From IMG/VR virus record IMGVR_UViG_3300042402_002564, positions 182,503 to 246,502 of that record: DNA of 64,000 bases, one strand, 5' to 3'. The translations under genes were made by a program, and so were the position numbers. Below the pieces are notes generated by a model, which did no database searches, was not told where the DNA came from, and was given only the letters and a program-made list of their open reading frames with translations. Position 1 is the stretch's first letter. Each line of letters starts with the position of its first letter. Positions 57,749 through 64,000 of this stretch are shown here, piece after piece.

Positions 57749-58624
57749 ATGATTATTCGTTCTATTCTTGCCGCCGCTGTTGCTGCTACTGCTGCTCCCG
57801 CCATGGCACAAGTCACCAGTGTTAAGCAACTGAGTGATGTTCAACCTACCCAGTGGTCGTATCAAGCGATTACTAATCTGGTAGAGCGTTATGGTTGTGT
57901 TGCTGGTTATCCCAATGGCACCTTCCAGCCTGGTCAACCTGCTACTCGTGCTGAACTTGCTGCCCTGACTAATGCTTGTTTGGATCGCATTACTGAGTTC
58001 CAAAGTGCTGCTGATGCTGCCCTGGCTGCTGCTCTCCGTGCTGAGTTCGCCAAAGAAATCGGTGCTACCAATGCCCGTGTAAGTGCTCTTGAACTTGCTG
58101 CCGCTCAGAAGGCACAAGGCGTGGGTAATTACCTGGGTGCTGGTGTACTGCTGAACAAGCAAGGCACCGCTGGTAACGGTTATACCGAGAACCGTACTAT
58201 CTCTGGTGCTACTATCCAAGGTCGTTATGCTGTGAAGACCTTCAGCAATCAAAATGCTGTTGCTGTTCGTCCTTATACTAACCTTGTTGGTACTCCTGCT
58301 GGTCAGATCGGTGCTGCTGGTGGTGCCCTCCTCTCCTACGATTGGAGTCTCGCCCGTGCCGCTTCTGGTGTGAGCAAGGCTAACATCTACACTGGTGTTG
58401 GTTATCAAATCCCCTTCGTGAATAACACTGCTGCTAACTTCCAGTCCGCTGTGGGTGATCGTGGTCAAGTTGTTCTCGCTCTGGGTATCGAAGGTCGTCT
58501 GACCAACTCTCTGGTTGGTTTTGCTGATCTGAAGTTCCCCACCACCAACGCTGCTAACAGCTACGGTGCAACTAACGGAACCTATTCTCCTGTGTTCACC
58601 ACGGGTCTGGGATTCAAGTTCTGA
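57749..58624 (+). CDS. SLH-domain outer-membrane porin-like protein (short)
   Basis: Signal peptide, LSDVQPT.W.YQA..LVERYGC.AGYP...TRAE SLH domain, C-terminal GLGFKF beta-signal. Confidence 0.85.
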   Translation: MIIRSILAAAVAATAAPAMAQVTSVKQLSDVQPTQWSYQAITNLVERYGCVAGYPNGTFQPGQPATRAELAALTNACLDRITEFQSAADAALAAALRAEFAKEIGATNARVSALELAAAQKAQGVGNYLGAGVLLNKQGTAGNGYTENRTISGATIQGRYAVKTFSNQNAVAVRPYTNLVGTPAGQIGAAGGALLSYDWSLARAASGVSKANIYTGVGYQIPFVNNTAANFQSAVGDRGQVVLALGIEGRLTNSLVGFADLKFPTTNAANSYGATNGTYSPVFTTGLGFKF

Positions 58625-58726
58625 TTTAAAAATAAAATCTAATTGATTTAGTCAAGGGTCGGATTTCCCCCCTTGACTTTTTTTTATAATTACTATATAA
58701 TTTTGTTGTAAATCGTTACAAAATCA

Positions 58727-58921
58727 ATGACAGTTACCACTAATGAACGTGGGCAGCAAAATATGTTTGCTAAAGAACCCACTATGTATTATGAAAATTA
58801 TGGGATGTATTCCCCTAATGAAATTAAGGAGATGACGAATGGACGCTGGGCTATGGTCGGTATTGTTGCTGGGTTCATTTCTTATGCTATCACTGGTAAG
58901 TTCTTCTTCTGCATCTTCTGA
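58727..58921 (+). CDS. hli: High-light inducible protein
   Basis: NMFAKEP, E..NGRWAMVG. Confidence 0.9.
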   Translation: MTVTTNERGQQNMFAKEPTMYYENYGMYSPNEIKEMTNGRWAMVGIVAGFISYAITGKFFFCIF

Positions 58922-59020
58922 CAATTGATTGACAATGACTGAGATTCTATTTACAATGACTTCAGTTGCCTTCTTCGTATTGTTGGCAGCATCTGTAGAA
59001 AAACTTTGTGAGACTTATTA

Positions 59021-59311
59021 ATGACTTACACTATTACTCTTCAAAACCCAGATGGCACTGAGAATACAATTCAATGTGCTAGTGATCAGTATATTTTAGA
59101 AGCGGCTGAAGAAGCAGGACTTGATATGCTTTATTCTTGTCGTGCTGGTGCATGTAGTTCTTGTGCAGGTAAACTTATTAGTGGAACTGTCGATAATGAA
59201 GAACAATCATTTCTTGATGATGACCAAATTGCACAAGGATACATTCTTACATGTGTCGCATATCCAACTAGTGATTGCGTCATTCTAACTGAACAGGAAG
59301 AAAACCTGTGA
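59021..59311 (+). CDS. petF: [2Fe-2S] plant-type ferredoxin
   Basis: [10 protein letters not shown]...EQSFLDDDQ...LTCVAYP. Confidence 0.96.
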   Translation: MTYTITLQNPDGTENTIQCASDQYILEAAEEAGLDMLYSCRAGACSSCAGKLISGTVDNEEQSFLDDDQIAQGYILTCVAYPTSDCVILTEQEENL

Positions 59312-59520
59312 GTGCTGGAATGCTTGGGAAATTCAATCTTGCCCTCCAAGAATTAGTTGACAGTGGTGTTTGGGATCGAGATGTAAAACTAGAAGTCAAG
59401 ATCGCTGGCACACTCAAGAATGATAAGTTTATTGTTATCAAACCTGTCAAAGAAAAAATGGTTTGCAATACAAACCCAGATCTTAAACAAAAACACATTT
59501 ATCAAGGAGAAACAAAATGA
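59308..59520 (+). CDS. Hypothetical protein
   Basis: GTGA-coupled to petF. Confidence 0.55.
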   Translation: MSAGMLGKFNLALQELVDSGVWDRDVKLEVKIAGTLKNDKFIVIKPVKEKMVCNTNPDLKQKHIYQGETK

Positions 59521-59636
59521 AATTCGGATTCACCCCTGAAGCAGAAATTCTTAATGCTCGTCTCGCCATGCTTGGTTTTGTAATTGCTGTTGGCACTTAC
59601 ATGACCACGGGACAAATTATTCCTGGTGTATGGTGA
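59517..59636 (+). CDS. hli: High-light inducible protein (39 aa)
   Basis: [21 protein letters not shown]...TGQIIPG; SD aggag; not in ORF track. Confidence 0.92.
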   Translation: MKFGFTPEAEILNARLAMLGFVIAVGTYMTTGQIIPGVW

Positions 59637-59704
59637 TTATGATTAAAATTTTCGCTAAAAAAATTTACAACAAATATAAAGAAAAAATTAGTATGGAGGT
59701 GCCT

Positions 59705-60232
59705 ATGCGTAAAGAAGGATATCAAATTCCACAAGTAGAATTTGTATTTCGTGAGAATGGTGAATTTGTAAATCGTACATCTTCTGAACTTTTCGATGGA
59801 AAGCGTGTGGTCATTTTTAGCTTGCCTGGTGCTTTCACTCCTACTTGCAGTGCCTATCAGTTACCTGGATTCGAAGAGAAATACGACGACTTTATTGGTA
59901 GTGGCATCGACGCTATTTACTGCGTCTCTGTTAATGATGGGTTTGTAATGAATGCTTGGGCACAAGATCAAAACATCAAGAACGTCACTCTTATCCCTGA
60001 CGGCAATGCATATTTCACACGTTCTATGGGAATGCTTGTCAATAAGTCTAACCTTGGTTTCGGTGATCGCTCTTGGCGTTATGCTGCGGTCGTGGATAAC
60101 GGAATCATCGAGAAACTATTCGTTGAAGATGGGCAACGGGACAATGCAGAAACCGACCCTTACGAAGCGACTACTCCAGAAGTTGTTTTGGAATATGTGA
60201 AATCTACTGTTCGTGAAGTAGCAACAGTTTGA
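59705..60232 (+). CDS. Peroxiredoxin (Prx5/type II)
   Basis: LPGAFTPTCS, VSVND.FVM.AW, DGN..F, RSWRYA; SD ggagg. Confidence 0.93.
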   Translation: MRKEGYQIPQVEFVFRENGEFVNRTSSELFDGKRVVIFSLPGAFTPTCSAYQLPGFEEKYDDFIGSGIDAIYCVSVNDGFVMNAWAQDQNIKNVTLIPDGNAYFTRSMGMLVNKSNLGFGDRSWRYAAVVDNGIIEKLFVEDGQRDNAETDPYEATTPEVVLEYVKSTVREVATV

Positions 60233-60291
60233 ACGAAGGAGGGTTTATCCCTCCTTTTTTAATAAATATAATGCAGGGTTTGGATACTATA

Positions 60292-60990
60292 ATGCTCATC
60301 GATCTTCACAATTTTTTTAAACACTTTGATGAAAATAATCCAAAGCATGTTGCTGCGGTAGAACAATTTGAAAAAGATTTGCTTTTAAAGGCACACGAAT
60401 TGATGCAAGACGAAGCAAATTGGGTAAGGATTTTTAGAACAAAAGAGAACAAACCCCAAGCAACTATTTTACCAGTTCCTTTTTATCCACAAACAGATAA
60501 CTATAGAGATGCAAATAGAACCTGCAACTCTTCTGCTTGTGCAATGTGTCTTGAGTATTTCAAACCTGGCACACTAAAAGGACCTAAGGGCGATGACGCC
60601 TATGTACAAAAAGTTTTTTCAATTGGTGACACAACTGATCACCTGGTTCAAACCAAAGTTCTTGCGTCATACGGTATTAAATCCAGTTTTTCCTACAGCC
60701 TTACTTTTGCTGATCTTGATAGAGAGCTTGCCGCTGGTAGACCTGTTGTTATTGGCATTCTTCATCGCGGGACTTTATCTAATCCCACAGGAGGACACAT
60801 GGTAGTGGTGATTGGTAAGACACCTTCTGGTGATTATGTCGTTAATGACCCTTATGGATCATTAAATGATGGATATACTGGTTCCGTGAACAATGGTAAG
60901 GGTGCTGTTTACAAACGTTCCGAATTATCTCGTAGATGGTGCCCTAAAGGTAATGATGGTTGGGGTAGAATTTTTGATGTAAAAAAGTAG
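60292..60990 (+). CDS. C39-like cysteine peptidase (putative endolysin domain)
   Basis: Q...CNSSACAM, GHMVVV.G, VNDPYG. Confidence 0.8.
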   Translation: MLIDLHNFFKHFDENNPKHVAAVEQFEKDLLLKAHELMQDEANWVRIFRTKENKPQATILPVPFYPQTDNYRDANRTCNSSACAMCLEYFKPGTLKGPKGDDAYVQKVFSIGDTTDHLVQTKVLASYGIKSSFSYSLTFADLDRELAAGRPVVIGILHRGTLSNPTGGHMVVVIGKTPSGDYVVNDPYGSLNDGYTGSVNNGKGAVYKRSELSRRWCPKGNDGWGRIFDVKK

Positions 60991-61053
60991 AATCAACATC
61001 ACAATCAAAAATCCCTCAATGTGGTGTTGATTTAATTAGAGAGTTTGAGGGAT
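60981..61053 (+). other. Predicted -1 programmed ribosomal frameshift signal
   Basis: A_AAA_AAG slippery heptamer (60981-60987) plus pseudoknot (stems 60991-61003/61020-61032 and 61011-61019/61045-61053). Confidence 0.8.
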
Positions 61054-61469
61054 GTCACTTGAATGCTTATCCAGACCCACTAACTGGTGGACTTCCAATT
61101 ACAATTGGTTGGGGTTCTACTAAAGATTTTGATGGTAAATCTTTTAAATTGGGTAGAAAAATTACTCAAGAATATGCAGATAAATTATTGTTATTTGACC
61201 TTGAACAAAGATTTCTTCCTTCATTGCAAAAAATACCTTATTGGAGCGAAATGAATGACAACCAACGTGGAGCACTTCTCAGCTTTGCTTATAATCTCGG
61301 TGCTGGCTTCTATGGTAACAGCAATTTCAATACTATTACCCGCAATCTACGTGAGAAGAATTGGAAAGCAATCCCAAAAACATTAGAGATGTATCGTAAT
61401 CCTGGTAGTAAAGTTGAAGCAGGATTACTTAGAAGAAGAAAAGCGGAGGGTAAACTCTGGGTTTCTTAA
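60987..61469 (+). CDS. GH24 lysozyme domain (-1 frame; probably made as a frameshift fusion)
   Basis: DLIREFEGCHL.AYPD....TIGWG...ALLSFAYNLG...GLLRRR.AE; frame open from 60978, no ATG before the catalytic Glu. Confidence 0.88.
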   Translation, partial: VESTSQSKIPQCGVDLIREFEGCHLNAYPDPLTGGLPITIGWGSTKDFDGKSFKLGRKITQEYADKLLLFDLEQRFLPSLQKIPYWSEMNDNQRGALLSFAYNLGAGFYGNSNFNTITRNLREKNWKAIPKTLEMYRNPGSKVEAGLLRRRKAEGKLWVS

Positions 61470-61705
61470 TCTTCTACCTTTGTTCGTAGAGCGATTACTG
61501 TAGTTAGAATTGCTAATAGAGTTTCATATCCTCTTCTCTCAGATTCTTTACAATCTAAGGGAGGAGGATTTTTTAGTTTTCCTAATGCATTTGCAGCATT
61601 GATTGACCCTGGAAACATAAAGTTACATGAAATAAAATTAATTCCAACAAATCCAATAGCGGAGAAACAAACTATAAAGATAAGTTTGGTTAGATTAAGT
61701 TTCAT
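61466..61705 (-). CDS. Small membrane protein
   Basis: MKLNLTKLIFIV... two hydrophobic segments; ATG coupled to upstream minus-strand ORF. Confidence 0.5.
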   Translation of the reverse strand: MKLNLTKLIFIVCFSAIGFVGINFISCNFMFPGSINAANALGKLKNPPPLDCKESERRGYETLLAILTTVIALRTKVED

Positions 61706-61893
61706 CTTCCTTCTTGACGATGAATCCAGGTTTTGAGTTCGTGTAAATATGTTCTTAATATTTGTGCTTGTTCTTGATGCCAAAAATCACCCGTCTCCAA
61801 CCAGAGACGGGTGTGATTATCTATTGCCTTAAGTATTTGGTGGATAGGAGCATTCCAACACTCCCTTTTTGGAGTGTTCCACTCTCTGGGCAT
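61702..61893 (-). CDS. Conserved cyanophage hypothetical protein
   Basis: MPREWNTP.RE.WN.PIH..LKAIDNH. Confidence 0.65.
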   Translation of the reverse strand: MPREWNTPKRECWNAPIHQILKAIDNHTRLWLETGDFWHQEQAQILRTYLHELKTWIHRQEGR

Positions 61894-61896
61894 ACA

Positions 61897-62088
61897 TTAA
61901 ACTTCAGTGGTGTCTTCTTGGTCTTTTGCTGGAATAAACAAATCAACTTTCTTTAATAAAGATTCTGCTTCTTCATCATGAATGGCATTTTTTTGTGCCC
62001 AAGATAAATCAAAGTCAGAAACTTTTTGCTTTTTAGAAAGTTTTGTGCAGATTGCTAAAAGTCTCTTGCGAGTAGGTTCGTTTAACAT
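61897..62088 (-). CDS. Small hypothetical protein
   Basis: Minus-strand operon member. Confidence 0.55.
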   Translation of the reverse strand: MLNEPTRKRLLAICTKLSKKQKVSDFDLSWAQKNAIHDEEAESLLKKVDLFIPAKDQEDTTEV

Positions 62089-62279
62089 CTTTTTAAATAA
62101 ATCTACTTTATTTTATTTAGCAATACTATATCTTAATTATTATACGGTTATCAATATATCAACCCTTTATTTAGGATGTGCCAGTTGAGCAATTGTACCT
62201 ATTGACAGGGTTTGCTGACAATGTTATTATAAATACATCAAAACGTTAAGGAATGTAACACTTCTTTAATGTTTGTGAC

Positions 62280-62390
62280 TCCCGTTAACCGAGACCTATG
62301 GGAGTATAAATTACGTCTCTCATGCCCACACTGGGGGTGGTGTGGGGAATAACGTAACATCCAGTTCCCCCTGGACTTTTTACTTACCCT
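62280..62390 (+). ncRNA. PhotoRC-II-like structured psbA 5' leader
   Basis: AACCGAGACCTATGGG...CGTCTCTCAT...hairpin...CCAGTTCCCCCTGGAC..TACTTA directly before psbA; recognised from memory. Confidence 0.7.
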
Positions 62391-62400
62391 TTTAAACAAA

Positions 62401-63480
62401 ATGACTGCTACACTTTCACAACAACGACAATCAAATACTTGGGAACAATTCTGCAACTGGGTTACTTCAACCGACAACCGCCTCTATGTGGGTTGGTTCG
62501 GAGTCCTGATGATCCCTTGTCTGCTTGCTGCTACAACTTGTTTTATCATCGCATTCATCGGTGCTCCTCCTGTGGACATTGATGGTATCCGCGAACCTGT
62601 TGCTGGTTCACTCATGTACGGAAACAACATCATCTCTGGTGCTGTTATCCCTTCGTCCAATGCAATTGGACTGCACTTTTACCCCATCTGGGAAGCTGCT
62701 TCCCTAGATGAGTGGCTCTACAACGGTGGTCCTTTCCAACTCGTTGTCTTCCACTTCCTGATTGGTATCTATGCTTATATGGGTCGTGAGTGGGAACTTT
62801 CTTATCGTCTAGGTATGCGTCCTTGGATCTGCGTTGCATACTCTGCTCCTGTTGCTGCTGCTTCTGCAGTGTTCCTGGTCTATCCTTTCGGTCAAGGTTC
62901 TTTCTCTGATGCGATGCCTCTGGGTATCTCTGGCACCTTCAACTACATGCTGGTGTTCCAGGCTGAGCACAACATCCTGATGCACCCCTTCCACATGCTC
63001 GGTGTTGCTGGTGTATTTGGTGGTTCTCTGTTCAGTGCGATGCACGGTTCGCTTGTAACCTCTTCGCTTGTTCGTGAAACCACTGAAAACGAGTCGCAGA
63101 ACTACGGTTACAAGTTCGGTCAAGAAGAAGAGACTTATAACATCGTTGCTGCTCACGGTTATTTTGGTCGCCTTATTTTCCAATATGCTTCCTTTAATAA
63201 CTCCCGTTCTCTGCACTTCTTCCTTGCTGCTTGGCCTGTTGTAGGCATCTGGTTCACTGCTCTTGGTGTTTCTACGATGGCCTTCAATTTGAATGGCTTC
63301 AACTTTAATCAGAGCATTATGAGTTCTGAAGGTAAAGTTGTTAACACTTGGGCAGATGTGCTCAACCGTGCTGGTCTTGGTATGGAAGTTATGCACGAAA
63401 GGAACGCACACAACTTCCCTCTGGATCTTGCTGCTGCTGAGAACACTCCTGTTGCTCTCACTGCTCCTAGTATCGGTTGA
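62401..63480 (+). CDS. psbA: Photosystem II D1 protein
   Basis: Full D1 sequence ([33 protein letters not shown]); no intron. Confidence 0.99.
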   Translation: MTATLSQQRQSNTWEQFCNWVTSTDNRLYVGWFGVLMIPCLLAATTCFIIAFIGAPPVDIDGIREPVAGSLMYGNNIISGAVIPSSNAIGLHFYPIWEAASLDEWLYNGGPFQLVVFHFLIGIYAYMGREWELSYRLGMRPWICVAYSAPVAAASAVFLVYPFGQGSFSDAMPLGISGTFNYMLVFQAEHNILMHPFHMLGVAGVFGGSLFSAMHGSLVTSSLVRETTENESQNYGYKFGQEEETYNIVAAHGYFGRLIFQYASFNNSRSLHFFLAAWPVVGIWFTALGVSTMAFNLNGFNFNQSIMSSEGKVVNTWADVLNRAGLGMEVMHERNAHNFPLDLAAAENTPVALTAPSIG

Positions 63481-63505
63481 TAAAAACTGAATAACTGATA
63501 TAATT

Positions 63506-63532
63506 AAGAGGGTATAACAACCCTCTTTTTTT
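63506..63532 (+). terminator. Rho-independent terminator after psbA
   Basis: aagaggg...ccctctt plus T tract. Confidence 0.75.
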
Positions 63533-63655
63533 ATGTCTCATAATACTCAACACGAACCTGTACCTAACTGGGTAATCTGGGCAGGTGTAGGTATGATGGT
63601 ATTCACAGTTCTTGTATTTGTTTTATTCACTCTTGGGGTAATTTATTGGGGATAG
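63533..63655 (+). CDS. Small single-TM protein (40 aa)
   Basis: MSHNTQHEPVPNWVIWAGVGMMVF... Confidence 0.45.
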   Translation: MSHNTQHEPVPNWVIWAGVGMMVFTVLVFVLFTLGVIYWG

Positions 63656-63661
63656 AAATTT

Positions 63662-63865
63662 ATGTTTATTTTTAAAGTAGGTGATATTTGTAGAATTGAT
63701 AATCCAAATCAAAGAAGGTATGGAAGAGAATTTGAAATTCTAGGTTTCATGTATGATAAAGATGATGAGCATTTTCCTCCAATCGCAATGAAAGTTAGAT
63801 ACTTAGACACCAATCGTAAAGGAACATATGACTGCTCATTTGATTCTCTTGTTGTAATTGGATAA
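63662..63865 (+). CDS. Small hypothetical protein (SH3/KOW-like start FKVGD)
   Basis: 67 aa ORF. Confidence 0.5.
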   Translation: MFIFKVGDICRIDNPNQRRYGREFEILGFMYDKDDEHFPPIAMKVRYLDTNRKGTYDCSFDSLVVIG

Positions 63866-63932
63866 GCACAAACACTCATTGACCTCTTTGTTAAGGAATG
63901 TTAAGATAAATATGAGAAATACATAGGAGGTT

Positions 63933-64000
63933 ATGACTTCTTCAACACTTTCACAACCAATTTCACAAAGAGGATGGTTCGATGTCCTGGATGACTGGCT
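63933..64000 (+). CDS. psbD: Photosystem II D2 protein, N-terminus (runs off window)
   Basis: SD aggagg; MTSSTLSQPISQRGWFDVLDDW. Confidence 0.9.
   Translation, partial: MTSSTLSQPISQRGWFDVLDDW

Noticed and set aside
58727-58921. hli ending FFFCIF instead of the usual FFFGIF
   Set aside because: Single substitution; cannot be told from a polymorphism or sequencing error
61059-61469. Stand-alone lysozyme starting at TTG 61059
   Set aside because: Would lack the catalytic Glu (EFEG) encoded upstream; better explained by frameshift fusion

Overview
The window is a gene-dense, almost entirely + strand segment of a T4-like cyanomyovirus (Kyanoviridae-like, probably infecting freshwater picocyanobacteria; the host is inferred). 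It holds the replication/recombination core (gp46, gp45, gp44, gp62, regA, gp43, uvsX, gp41, gp61, nrdA/B) and auxiliary genes (cobS-like AAA+ with VWA partner, denV-like, dam, hsp20, mazG, hli x2, petF, peroxiredoxin, SLH-porin, psbA, start of psbD). There are two glycan-biosynthesis islands, several putative internal head proteins, 24 tRNA genes, a circularly permuted (two-piece) tmRNA and several structured RNAs. Top observations: (1) a very clean predicted -1 ribosomal frameshift (A_AAA_AAG plus H-type pseudoknot) fusing a C39-like peptidase to a GH24 lysozyme whose catalytic Glu lies upstream of its first standard start codon; (2) a phage two-piece tmRNA with a non-canonical tag ending ATLV; (3) a late-promoter island of six tandem GT25 paralogues with amidinotransferase, DegT aminotransferase, sulfotransferase, oxygenase and NDP-sugar dehydrogenase, suggesting a guanidinylated/sulfated glycan pathway; (4) unexplained structured ncRNAs interleaved in the tRNA array; (5) a Gmd-Fcl-GT11-GT6 (ABO-like) module. 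All calls come from reading the sequence by eye; no database searches were run.
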